From Halodesulfurarchaeum sp. (GTDB lineage Archaea > Halobacteriota > Halobacteria > Halobacteriales > Halobacteriaceae), in assembly GCA_034520565.1 (NCBI GenBank), contig JAXHNL010000002.1, positions 1,280,001 through 1,344,000 on the forward strand: 64,000 nt of DNA, written 5' to 3'. Shown in pieces: positions 52,415 to 64,000 of this stretch (the first letter of the stretch is position 1; each line of letters starts with the position of its first letter). The notes beneath the pieces are model-generated. The model had not been told where the DNA came from. It made no database searches and saw only the letters and a list, made by a program, of their open reading frames with translations. The translations under genes were made by a program, and so were the position numbers.

Positions 52415-53803
52415 ATGATAGACCCTGTAATCGCGAGCCGTTTGCAATTCGCGTTGACGACGGCCGTGCACATCATCTTCCCTGCCATTTCGATGGGTCT
52501 TGCCCCCTTCCTGGTGTACTTCGCCTGGAAGGAGATGCGGGGAGCTGGTGAACCGTGGGTGTCCCTGCGACGGTTCTGGGTGAAGATCTTCGCCCTAACC
52601 TTCGTCGTGGGCACCGTGACTGGTATCGTCCTCGAATTCGAATTCGGAACCAACTTCGCCGCGTACGCATCCGCAGTCGGCGGGATTTTCGGCGGTCCGC
52701 TGGCCACCGAGGGGCTCATGGCGTTCATGCTCGAGTCGACGTTTCTCGGCATCCTGCTCTTCGGGAAGGAACGGGTGGGACGGCGTATGTACTTCCTTTC
52801 GGCCGTCCTCGTCGGGTTGGGGTCCTGGCTCTCTGCGGTGTGGATCCTGATCGCGAACTCCTGGATGCAACTCCCCCGCGGGTTCGAGATGGGGACCCGG
52901 GCAGGTCAGGAAGTCGCCGTGATCGTCGATCCGGTTGCCGCGTATTTCAATCCGCGATTCTTCTACATGTTCACGCACATGCAGGCCTCGGCCGTGCTGG
53001 CCGCCGCGCTTTTCATGGCCGGCATTGCCACTTACAAGTTGACGACGGCCGAGACGCGGCGGACGTTCTGGATGACGAGTCTCAAACTCGCCATCGTCGG
53101 GATGCTGATTACGGCCCCGTTCATGGCGATTCAGGGGGACTCTTACGGGCGGCACGTGTACGAGACCCAGCCGCAGAAGTTCGCGGCGATGGAAGCCGTC
53201 TACGAGACGGAATCGGGCGTTGCCGAGTATCTGTTCGCGTTCCCGACTGATCCGGCCGATCTCCGCAATCCGAGTGCCCGGAACCTGTTCGCGATCGGCA
53301 TCCCGGGAGGTGCGTCGTTCCTGGCGAGCGGGGGTGATCCCGGTGCGACGATTCAGGGTCTGGATGACATGGAAAGTCTCCAGGGCGTCGAGGGTGAACC
53401 ACCAGTCGCGATCGTCTTCTGGTCCTTCCGGGCCATGGTCGGGCTCGGCATGTGGTTCATCCTGCTGGCGCTCTGGGCCGGCGGCCGCTGGTACCAGGGC
53501 AAGCTGATGGACGACGAATACCTGCAGAAAGGGCTCATGGCGTCGATCCCGCTCGGCCTGTTGGCGATCGAACTCGGCTGGATCGTCGCCGAAGTCGGCC
53601 GCCAGCCGTGGGCCATCCAGGAGGTATTGACCGTGGCAGACGGGGTCTCACCGGGCCTGACCGGTGGCGAGGCGCTCCTGACGCTTACCGGGTTCGTGAT
53701 CGGGTACGCGCTCCTGCTGGGTATCTGGGCCTATCTCGTCCGCCGGCTCATCCTGCGGGGTCCGAAGGAAGCGACGGGTGAATCGGAGGTGATCCCCGAA
53801 TGA
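52415..53803 (+). CDS. cydA: Cytochrome bd oxidase subunit I
   Basis: SRLQFALT..HIIFP, FEFGTNF, QPQKFAAME, FRAMVG, ELGWIVAEVGRQPW. Confidence 0.94.
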   Translation: MIDPVIASRLQFALTTAVHIIFPAISMGLAPFLVYFAWKEMRGAGEPWVSLRRFWVKIFALTFVVGTVTGIVLEFEFGTNFAAYASAVGGIFGGPLATEGLMAFMLESTFLGILLFGKERVGRRMYFLSAVLVGLGSWLSAVWILIANSWMQLPRGFEMGTRAGQEVAVIVDPVAAYFNPRFFYMFTHMQASAVLAAALFMAGIATYKLTTAETRRTFWMTSLKLAIVGMLITAPFMAIQGDSYGRHVYETQPQKFAAMEAVYETESGVAEYLFAFPTDPADLRNPSARNLFAIGIPGGASFLASGGDPGATIQGLDDMESLQGVEGEPPVAIVFWSFRAMVGLGMWFILLALWAGGRWYQGKLMDDEYLQKGLMASIPLGLLAIELGWIVAEVGRQPWAIQEVLTVADGVSPGLTGGEALLTLTGFVIGYALLLGIWAYLVRRLILRGPKEATGESEVIPE

Positions 53804-54795
53804 TGCCTCTCGCATCGGGTCCGACATGGTTCGGCGTTCCACTGGTCGAGCTGTGGTTCGTGGCGCTGTTCCTCACGCTCGCCATGTTCCTCTGGCTCGA
53901 CGGGACGAATTTCGGGATGGGCGTCCTCTACGGACTCAGTGACGACCACGAGACTCGCGAACGCATTCTGGCCGCACTCGCTCCGCTCTGGGACGGCGCC
54001 GAAGTCTGGCTCGTCGTCTTCGGCGGGGCCCTCTTCGCGGTGTTTCCGGACGTGTATGCGGGTATTTTTAGCGGGTATTACCTGCTGATGTTTGCGATTC
54101 TCGGGGCATTGATCATTCGCGGTATCTCCCCGGAGTTCATGGAACAACGCGATGATCCACAGTGGCGGCGGGCCTGGAGCATCACGTTCGTTCTCGGAAG
54201 CACCCTCGCTCCGTTCCTCCTCGGGATGTTCGCCGCGAACTGGCTCGTGGGTGCTGAACGTCTCGTCACGCTCCCGGGAATCGTGGTGGGGCTTGCACTC
54301 GTCGCGATCTCGATGGCCCAGGGGGCGGGGTTCCTCGGGATGAAAACCGCGGCCGGGCTCGACGAGACGATGACGCGGTACGGCCTGCTTTCCCAGGTGG
54401 GCTACCTCGTTCTGGCCGTCGTGACAGTCGCGTATCTCTCTCTCGCCGTCGAGGGGATGGCTGCCAAGGTGGCCCATCCGAGCATTCTCGGACTGGTCGC
54501 ACTGACGGCTATCCTCGGAATCGCGTACCTGTGGTTGTTGCAGAACGACCAGTACCGACCGGCCTTTCTCGCGGCTGGGGCACAAATCTTCGGGCTGGTG
54601 GCGCTGGTCGCGTTGCTCTTCTTCCCGGTCATTTACCCGGCCGCCGGGCTCACGGCCTTCGATGCGGCGGTTTCGACGCTTCAGCTCAAGATCATGACCG
54701 TCGTGCTCGCGATTTTCCTCCCGCTCGTGCTGCTCTACTTCGCCGTGCTCTACAGTGCCTTTGCCGGCCCGGCAGAACCAGCCGAAGGGTACTGA
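53800..54795 (+). CDS. cydB: Cytochrome bd oxidase subunit II
   Basis: LDG.NFGMG, PLWDGAEVWLVVFGGALFAVFP..Y; overlaps the cydA stop. Confidence 0.9.
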   Translation: MMPLASGPTWFGVPLVELWFVALFLTLAMFLWLDGTNFGMGVLYGLSDDHETRERILAALAPLWDGAEVWLVVFGGALFAVFPDVYAGIFSGYYLLMFAILGALIIRGISPEFMEQRDDPQWRRAWSITFVLGSTLAPFLLGMFAANWLVGAERLVTLPGIVVGLALVAISMAQGAGFLGMKTAAGLDETMTRYGLLSQVGYLVLAVVTVAYLSLAVEGMAAKVAHPSILGLVALTAILGIAYLWLLQNDQYRPAFLAAGAQIFGLVALVALLFFPVIYPAAGLTAFDAAVSTLQLKIMTVVLAIFLPLVLLYFAVLYSAFAGPAEPAEGY

Positions 54796-54846
54796 CCGGC
54801 GTCTTTCGACCGGTGAACTCAATTCCGTTCCCCGTCAAGATCAGCC

Positions 54847-55473
54847 ATGCACGTCGCCTTCGACATGGACGGCGTCCTGCTCGACTCCGAGTCCGATCTC
54901 TCGTGGCTTGACCGCGCGCTGGAGGAGACACTTCGTAGGTTCGACGTCGAACCGACGGACTCGAACCGGAAACTTCTGTATCCGACCAATCTCCGGGACT
55001 TCGATACCGCGGCCGAAACGCTTGGCGTTCCGCCCGAGGAACTTTGGCCGGTTCGCCATGAGGCATACGTCCGGGAGAAACGGGCGGCAATCCAATCCGG
55101 GGAAATCGCTCCCTTTTCCGATATCAACGAACTTCACTCCATCGCCGAATTTGCGTCGCTCTCGATCATCAGCAACTCGCCCGAATCGATCGTCGAGACG
55201 TTCGTGGCCGAGGCCGGCCTGGAAGACGCTATCGACCACCGGATCGGCCGCGGCCCGGAGCGGGCGGCCGTCGAGACGATGAAACCCGCGAGGACCTTTT
55301 TCGACCGGCTCAACGCGATGACCGACGCGTCGGAATACGTCTACGTCGGCGACAACAGTTCGGATGCGCTTTTTGCCCAGCGGACTGGAATGACCTTCGT
55401 TCATCTCGACCGCGAGAAAGGGGCAGTCACGTCTCTCTTTGAAGCGAGAGAGCGAATCGAGGAACTGCTTTAA
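54847..55473 (+). CDS. HAD-family hydrolase
   Basis: FDMDGVLLDS, ISNS, KP, YVGDNSSD. Confidence 0.9.
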   Translation: MHVAFDMDGVLLDSESDLSWLDRALEETLRRFDVEPTDSNRKLLYPTNLRDFDTAAETLGVPPEELWPVRHEAYVREKRAAIQSGEIAPFSDINELHSIAEFASLSIISNSPESIVETFVAEAGLEDAIDHRIGRGPERAAVETMKPARTFFDRLNAMTDASEYVYVGDNSSDALFAQRTGMTFVHLDREKGAVTSLFEARERIEELL

Positions 55474-55557
55474 CTTCGAGGCCGGTCGTCGTCCGGTGTT
55501 GGTTGCCGTTTGGGACTGTCCGCAAGATTTGAGACATTTCCACGCCAACTGCTAGCT

Positions 55558-55980
55558 ATGACCATTGCCGATCTCATGTCGACCGATCTGGTAACTGTGC
55601 CACTCGGAGCGACCCTCGATCGGGCCGTCGACGAAATGCTCGGGAACGGGGTGGGAAGTGTCGTCGTAATCGACGGCGAGGACGCCGTCGGCATCATCAC
55701 CGAGACGGACGTTCTCGCCGCCGGTTCGGGAACCGAGCGACCGTTCGGCGATATTCCGGTCTCGCGTGCGATGAGTCCGAATCCGGTCACGATCGGCCCG
55801 GAGGAACCGCCCGAATCCGCGATCGGTCGCATGCAGGAATACGGCATTAAGAAACTGGTCGTCGAGGATGGTGGGGACCTCCAGGGCATTCTCACGACGA
55901 CCGACCTGGTCTCCTACCGAACGGATTTCGCCGAAGCACTGGTCGCAATCGATTTCGAGCCGCCCGCTCCCGACAGCTGA
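55558..55980 (+). CDS. CBS-domain pair protein
   Basis: IADLMSTDLVTV, VGIITETDV, GILTTTDL. Confidence 0.88.
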   Translation: MTIADLMSTDLVTVPLGATLDRAVDEMLGNGVGSVVVIDGEDAVGIITETDVLAAGSGTERPFGDIPVSRAMSPNPVTIGPEEPPESAIGRMQEYGIKKLVVEDGGDLQGILTTTDLVSYRTDFAEALVAIDFEPPAPDS

Positions 55981-55981
55981 C

Positions 55982-56536
55982 TCACTCGGCGTCCTCCGGC
56001 GTGTCGAAGTCGTGGAACTTCTCGCCGTTCACGTCCGAGAGAATGTTGAGCGCCGCTGCCGCACCATCTCCGGCGGCGATCTGGGCCTGCCACTCTTCGA
56101 CCCGCCCCATCGCGCCGGTCGCATAGACCCCCTCGACGCTCGTTTCCATGGTGACGTCGACGTCCACGACGGCCAGATCGGTCAATTCACAGCCGAGGTC
56201 CTTCGCGAGTGTGCGATCGGTCCCGGTCGCCAGGACGAGATAGTCGGCCTCGTAGTCCGCCTCGTCCGTTTCGACGAGGAAGTGATCTTCGAAGTTTGCT
56301 GCACCGGTTACCTCCTCTTCGCGAATTTCCGCACCGAATCCCGCGACCTGTTCGCGGGCCGTCTCCATGAACGCGGAGCCGTCGATGCTTTCGATGCCGA
56401 GGTAATTGAACAGGTGGGCCTTGTGCATCCAGGTCCCGTCCGTGTCGAAGACGACCGTGTCGAGTCCGTTTTTTGCCGTGTACAGTGCTGCTCCGAGGCC
56501 GGCAGGTCCGCCGCCGACGACGATTACGTCAGTCAT
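55982..56536 (-). CDS. Short thioredoxin-reductase-like FAD oxidoreductase
   Basis: VIVVGGGPAGL, NYLG, LVLATG, TSVEGVYATG; no NADPH domain or CxxC. Confidence 0.85.
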   Translation of the reverse strand: MTDVIVVGGGPAGLGAALYTAKNGLDTVVFDTDGTWMHKAHLFNYLGIESIDGSAFMETAREQVAGFGAEIREEEVTGAANFEDHFLVETDEADYEADYLVLATGTDRTLAKDLGCELTDLAVVDVDVTMETSVEGVYATGAMGRVEEWQAQIAAGDGAAAALNILSDVNGEKFHDFDTPEDAE

Positions 56537-56570
56537 ACAGCCCATGTTTGGGGACACTCGGACTATAAGG

Positions 56571-57038
56571 TTAGGCCCTGCCGAGCATCTCGCGGGTTTT
56601 TCGGTGACGGCCAGCAAACGCGAGCGCGAATCCGGGTTTGAGTGCCGTATCGACGGTCGATCCGTATCCGGTCCCAAAATCGATTTCGTCACGCAGGAGT
56701 GTGCCACCGTTCGTCGCGACGAACCGGTGGGTGTGTCGCCACGATTCGAATGGCCCATCTCGCATCTCGTCGACGAAAACCGCTTCCCCGGCCGTCCGTT
56801 CGCGGGAAACGATTTCCGAGACGAACCGGACGCGTGGCCCACCGGGGATCGGCCCGACCGAGAGCGTCATTTCCGTCCCCGCCTCGAGAATCTCGCCCCC
56901 ACCCGGGACCTCGAGGGACTCCACGCGGAGACCAGCCCACCCCGGTGTGAGCGCTTCGAGTCCGTCGATTCGGGAGTGGAACCTCCAGACCGTCTCGAGG
57001 TCCGCGTCGACACGTGACTGGCGGGTGAACCGTGCCAT
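56571..57038 (-). CDS. SRPBCC-family protein
   Basis: VWRFHSRIDGLEALTP, FVDEMRDGPFESWRHTHRF. Confidence 0.85.
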   Translation of the reverse strand: MARFTRQSRVDADLETVWRFHSRIDGLEALTPGWAGLRVESLEVPGGGEILEAGTEMTLSVGPIPGGPRVRFVSEIVSRERTAGEAVFVDEMRDGPFESWRHTHRFVATNGGTLLRDEIDFGTGYGSTVDTALKPGFALAFAGRHRKTREMLGRA

Positions 57039-57084
57039 GTCTTGCAGAAGGGGTCAGGACGAATACGTGTGGTCCAATCAATAA

Positions 57085-57618
57085 TCAGCGCCCGGGATCT
57101 TCGGCCGGGGCGATCATCTTTTCGATTTTGAGGATCACCACGTTTTCGGCCTCGTCCCTGGCGTCGACCCTGCCATCGACGCGTAGCTTCGAGATGGGTG
57201 TGGGGCCGACGGAAACCGAATCCCCCTCGTGGAAGTCCTTGACCGACCCGCGGACCTGGATCTCGGCCCGGCAGAGGTCGGGGTTGAAAACCGTCGTCAA
57301 ATCGATGTTCTGGACGTTGACGTTCTCGACCGGGTCGCCGTTCAGCGTGACCGGAACGACGGCCGGCGAGTCGATCTGCTCGATCTCGAGGGCCTCGAAC
57401 GCGTTCGTCGTCGGTCGATACCCGCCTTTCGGCCCGGGGACGCCTTCGACCAACTGGAGGGCCTTGAGGCTTTGCATCTGATTCCTGATCGTGCCCGGGT
57501 TTCGGTCGACCTCCTCGGCGACTTTCTCGCCCTTGACAGCGGACTCCTCCTGGGTGTATAGGTCCACGAGAGCGCGGAGGATCGTCTTCTGGCTCGCGGT
57601 CAACTCGATAGAGGACAT
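57085..57618 (-). CDS. Winged-HTH transcriptional regulator (HrcA/Rrf2-like N-terminus)
   Basis: VKGEKVAEEVDRNPGTIRNQMQSLKALQLVEGVPGPKGGY. Confidence 0.85.
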   Translation of the reverse strand: MSSIELTASQKTILRALVDLYTQEESAVKGEKVAEEVDRNPGTIRNQMQSLKALQLVEGVPGPKGGYRPTTNAFEALEIEQIDSPAVVPVTLNGDPVENVNVQNIDLTTVFNPDLCRAEIQVRGSVKDFHEGDSVSVGPTPISKLRVDGRVDARDEAENVVILKIEKMIAPAEDPGR

Positions 57619-57763
57619 TGGGCGAACGTTGGCCGCATCGTTCTATAAAACCCCCGGCCATTGGGTGGTGCCGGAATGCGACGGGTCCGGAGCCGGCACG
57701 CGCGGGTACCCGGTCGCACTCGAAATCGGGAGGCTTAATCCGCCGACAAGTGTGCACACGCTC

Positions 57764-58690
57764 ATGCAGGGACAACGCGTGCTCGTCACCGGCGGAGCCG
57801 GGTTCATCGGCTCGAATCTCGCCAACACCTTGGCCGCCGACAACGAGGTCATCGTCGTCGACGACCTCTTTCTCGGCACCGAAGAGAACCTTTCCGAGAC
57901 GGTCGATTTCCGCGAGCGAAGCGTACTCGAGGACGACCTCCCGACCGACGTCGACGTGCTCTTTCACCTCGCCGCGCTCTCCTCGATGCAGATGCACGAG
58001 GACGACCCCCAGCGGGGCGCTCGCGTCAACGTCGAGGGGTTCGTGAACGCGATCGAGCAGTTCGTCCAGGACGGCGGCGACACCGTCGTTTACGCGACGA
58101 CGTCCTCGATTTACGGCGACCGCACCGAACCCTCGCCCGAAACGATGTCCGTGGAGGCCCGGACCGGCTACGAGGCCTCGAAACTCGCTCGCGAGCGCTA
58201 CGCCGAGTACTACGACAACTATTATGACGACCTCTCGGTGGCCGGACTCCGGTACTTCTCGGTGTACCAGGGAATGGTCGAGGGTGCCGAGGGACACAAG
58301 GGCGAGTACGCCAACATCATCGCCCAGTTCGCCGACGACATCGCGAACGGCGAACCGCCGGTGATCTACGGTGACGGCACCCAGACCCGTGATTTCACCC
58401 ACGTCGAGGATGTCGTCGCGGCCACGATCCAGGCCGCGGAACACGACCTTTCGGGGATTTACAACGTCGGGACGGAAACCCAGTACTCCTTCGAGGCCGT
58501 CGTCGAGATGCTCAACGACGAACTCGGCACGGACGTCGAGCCCGAGTACGTCGAGAACCCGATTCCCGAGGACGTGTACGTCCACGACACGCTCGCGGAC
58601 GCGTCTCGGATCCGGGAGGCGACGGACTGGGTACCGGAGATCTCCTTCTCGGAGGGCATCGAGCGGGTCTGTGCGCCCTACACGGACTGA
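57764..58690 (+). CDS. NAD-dependent epimerase/dehydratase
   Basis: VTGGAGFIGS, YEASK, YGDGTQTRDFTHV. Confidence 0.92.
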   Translation: MQGQRVLVTGGAGFIGSNLANTLAADNEVIVVDDLFLGTEENLSETVDFRERSVLEDDLPTDVDVLFHLAALSSMQMHEDDPQRGARVNVEGFVNAIEQFVQDGGDTVVYATTSSIYGDRTEPSPETMSVEARTGYEASKLARERYAEYYDNYYDDLSVAGLRYFSVYQGMVEGAEGHKGEYANIIAQFADDIANGEPPVIYGDGTQTRDFTHVEDVVAATIQAAEHDLSGIYNVGTETQYSFEAVVEMLNDELGTDVEPEYVENPIPEDVYVHDTLADASRIREATDWVPEISFSEGIERVCAPYTD

Positions 58691-58694
58691 CTGA

Positions 58695-59654
58695 CTAGTT
58701 TTCGTCGGTTTCAGGTACAGCGTCTTTCCGATCGAAGAGCATCGCGCCGACCGATCGGAGCGAATCGAGACCGTCGACCGCCGTCGAAAGTTGCGGGACT
58801 GTCACCAATCCAGGCTGATCGCCGTATTCGGCCTCTAGTTCGGCGAGGTGTTCGGCCTGCATCGCCACCCGTTCCCGGTGGTACTCACAGTCACAGACGT
58901 CAGCCGTGAGCAGGCGGTTCGCGACGACGGCGTCGACCGAAATCTCCCGCCGTTCGAGTTCCGCGACGATCCGTGCGGTCTCGGCGACGGCCAGGGATTC
59001 GGGATTCGTCACGACCACGAAACTCGTTCGTTCGTCCCGGACCATCTCGAGACAGTCCTTTGCGAGCCCGCGCCACTCCTCGAGCAACGCGCTCGGATCG
59101 TGGGATACGTCCCGGCTGACCGCCGCCCGCAACTTCGCGTAGAATCGTGGGGCGTCCCCGAGGTGGGCGTAGAGTTCCTCCTCGAGTTCGATGAGGCCGA
59201 TGGTGGCCCCGGCCGGTGCCGTATCCCAGACGATCCGGTCGTAGGTCTCCCCCTCGAAGAGCTCGAGGAGGTAACTCAGTGCGAACTGTGTCGCGATCCC
59301 GGGTGCCTCCGCGAAGTAGTCGATCACCCAGCGATCGACCGGCATGAACGAGGAGACGACGGCGTACATCTCCTCGCCGAACTCGGCTTTCCACCGTTCG
59401 GCGACGGCGTCGAAATCGAGTTCCATCGCGTCGAGCTCGTCAACCCCGGGGACTGGCGTCAGTTCGCCGTACACGTCGAAACCGAGGACGTCCGAGAGGG
59501 ACGGGGATCGATCCGTCGAGAGCAAGAGCGTCCGTTCGCCCCGTTCTGCAAAGTGGATCGCGGTCGCGGCCGAACTGGTCGTCTTGCCCACCCCGCCCTT
59601 TCCGGTGAAGGCGAGCAGCCGAGAGTCCCCGGCGAGCGCCGCGAGACTGTTCAT
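58695..59654 (-). CDS. ArsA/GET3-family ATPase (single domain)
   Basis: [29 protein letters not shown]; ATGA overlap with the gyrA stop. Confidence 0.88.
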   Translation of the reverse strand: MNSLAALAGDSRLLAFTGKGGVGKTTSSAATAIHFAERGERTLLLSTDRSPSLSDVLGFDVYGELTPVPGVDELDAMELDFDAVAERWKAEFGEEMYAVVSSFMPVDRWVIDYFAEAPGIATQFALSYLLELFEGETYDRIVWDTAPAGATIGLIELEEELYAHLGDAPRFYAKLRAAVSRDVSHDPSALLEEWRGLAKDCLEMVRDERTSFVVVTNPESLAVAETARIVAELERREISVDAVVANRLLTADVCDCEYHRERVAMQAEHLAELEAEYGDQPGLVTVPQLSTAVDGLDSLRSVGAMLFDRKDAVPETDEN

Positions 59655-62118
59655 GAGTCCTCTGACTCCGCGTCCATCGGTCGGAAGACGCTCACTTCGG
59701 CGAGTTGGTCGGTCGCTTCGACCCGCATCACGAGGACGCCCTTGGTGTTCCGCCCGATCTCGGAGACCTCCGAGACCGGAATCCGGACGAGCTGGCCGGC
59801 CTCGCTCATGCCGATGACGTGATCGCCATCGGACACCGCCTGGAGAGTGGCTACCCGTCCGTTCCGCTCGTCGGTTTTGATGTCCATGAGCCCCTTGCCG
59901 TTGCGGGTCTGGGGTCGGTACTCCCCGAGCGGGGTTTGCTTCCCGTAGCCGTTCTCCGTCACGGTGAGCAGGTCGCGGTCGTCGTCCGGGCGGACGGACG
60001 TGACCCCGGCAACCTCGTCGCCCGGTTCGAGCGTGATGCCACGGACGCCGCGGGCCGTTCGTCCCATGTGCCTGACGTCGGTCTCGGCGAACCTGATCGC
60101 GCGGCCCCGTCGCGTGCCGATGACGATCTGGGACGCGCCGTCAGTGATCTCGACGTCGACCAGCTCGTCGTTACCCTCGAGCCGGGCGGCGATGATTCCC
60201 GTCGAGAGGATGTTCTCGAACTCCGAGGCTGGGGTTCGCTTGACGTATCCTTGACGCGTGACCATCGTCAGGAATTCGTTTTCGTCCACGTCGCGGGTGG
60301 CGACTACCGCGGTGAGGTTCTCCCCGCGATCGAGGTCCAGGAGGTTGACCGCGGAGGTCCCCCGGGCAGTCCGGGACATCTCGGGTACCTGATAGGCCTT
60401 GAGGCGATAGACCTGGCCTGCATCGGTGAAACAGAGGAGTGAATCGTGGGTGCGAGCGGTGAACGCCGCAGCAACCCGATCGCCCTCCTTGAGGTCGGTC
60501 CCGATGATCCCCTTCCCGCCCCTGTGCTGGGCTTTGAAGGCGTCCATCGGGACGCGCTTGATGTAATCGGCCTCTGAGAGCGTGATGAGCACGTCCTCCT
60601 GTGGGATGAGGTCCTCGTCGGTCACCTCGCCGTCGGCCTCGATGATCTTCGTCCGGCGCTCGTCGGCGTATTCTTCCTTCTGTTCGCGGAGCTCTTCCTC
60701 GATAACCGCCCGGAGTTCGGATTCCTCGGCGAGGATCGTTTCCAGCCGCTCGATCCGGGCCTGGACTGACTCGTACTCCTCCTCGATTTCGGTCCGCTCG
60801 AGGGAGGTGAGACTGCCCAGTTGCATCCGCACGATGTGCTGGGCCTGCTCGGTCGAGAAGTCAAATTCGGTCTGGAGCCCCTCCTTTGCCGCGTACCGAT
60901 CCTCGGAGTTGCGGATCAGCTCGACGACTTCCTCGACGTGGTCGAGTGCGCGCAACCGTCCTTCGAGGATGTGGGCCCGGTTTTTCGCCTCGCTGAGGTC
61001 GTGTTCCGAGCGCCGGCGGACGACCTCGCGGCGGTGATCGAGGTAATGCTGGAGCAGTTCCTTGAGCGAGAGCACCTCCGGGTTGCCATCGACCAGTGCC
61101 AGGTTGATCACGCCGAAGGTCCGCTCGAGGACGCTTTCGAGCAGTCGGTTCTCGACGATGTCGGTGTTCGCCGTCCGCTTCAGTTCGATGACGACGCGGA
61201 TGCCGTCCCGGTCGGACTCGTCGCGGAGGTCGGTGACCCCGTCGAGTTCGCCCTCGTTGACCATCTCGGCGATCCGCTCGACGAGTTTCGACTTGTTCTG
61301 CTGGTACGGGAGTTCCGTGAGGACGATCCGATCGCCGCCGTCTCGCTCCTCGATTTCGTAGTCGGCCCGGACCGTCAGCCGCCCGCGGCCCGTCTCGTAG
61401 GCCTTCTTGATCGCGTTCTTGCCGACGATTGTCGCACCCGTGGGGAAGTCGGGGCCAGGTACGAACTCCATCAGATCCGCGACGGTCGCGTCGGGATTCT
61501 CGAGCAGGTGGACCGCCGCGTCGATCACCTCGCCGAGGTTGTGCGGCGGGACGTTTGTGCTCATGCCCACCGCGATCCCGGAGGAGCCGTTCACGAGGAG
61601 GTTCGGCACCGCAGCGGGGAGCACGGTCGGCTCCTCGAGGCGGTCGTCGTAGTTCGACTCGAAGTTGACGGTGTCCTTCTCGATGTCCGCCAGGAGTTCC
61701 TCGGCGATCGGGGCCATCCGGCTCTCCGTGTACCGCATCGCCGCGGCCGGATCGCCGTCGACCGAGCCGAAGTTCCCCTGGCCGTCAACGAGGGGATGTC
61801 GCATCGAGAAGTCCTGGGCCATCCGCACGAGCGTGTCGTAGATGGCGCTGTCCCCGTGGGGGTGGAAGTTCCCCATCGTCTCCCCGACGATCGAGGAGGA
61901 CTTCCGATGCCCGGAGCCACTCGTGATCCCGGCCTCGTGCATCGCATAGAGGATCCGACGGTGAACAGGTTTGAGGCCGTCTCGCACGTCCGGAAGGGCC
62001 CGACCGGCGATCACGCTCATCGCGTAATCGATGTAGGACTGCTCCATCTCGTCTTCGACCCGCACGGTTTCGATCTCGTCTCCGACCTGTCCGGACGGCT
62101 CGGGCAATTCGGAGCTCA

Positions 62119-62119
<1 letters not shown>
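59651..62119 (-). CDS. gyrA: DNA gyrase subunit A
   Basis: [37 protein letters not shown], GyrA box QHRGGKG. Confidence 0.97.

Positions 62120-64000
<1,881 letters not shown>

Overview
GC-rich haloarchaeal (Halobacteria) chromosomal window, judged from the acidic proteins and archaeal ribosomal/RNAP genes. It is mostly core genome: trxB, rpl21e-rpoF-DUF655-ksgA-HemK2, rpl7ae-rps28e-rpl24e-ndk, tmcA, gltX, idsA, RNase J, ipk, mvk, the rps13...rps2 ribosomal/RNAP cluster with tRNA-Ser and tRNA-Leu, moaA, mrp, porAB, lrpA1/aminotransferase, a nucleoside uptake and catabolism cluster, pilB/pilC, tRNA-Gly, tatA, tRNA-Arg, cydAB and gyrBA-arsA. The one accessory region (~9.05-16.3 kb, between tmcA and gltX) carries the main finding: four 27-bp imperfect palindromes (10-7-10; TGCTGAATAC-N7-RTATYWKGCA-like) with alternating spacer classes (AACGCGC / AKCCTCT). 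They bracket two unrelated cargo modules: a DUF3179 Tat-lipoprotein plus membrane protein, and a 1124-aa Tat/PGF-CTERM glycosidase-like protein. This layout resembles a tyrosine-recombinase (dif/pdif-like) cassette array with no recombinase in the window. An IS5-family element has inserted into one site, and a related MITE lies in the same island. Many frameshifts, very dense at ~23.4-33.3 kb in essential genes, are most likely sequencing or assembly errors.
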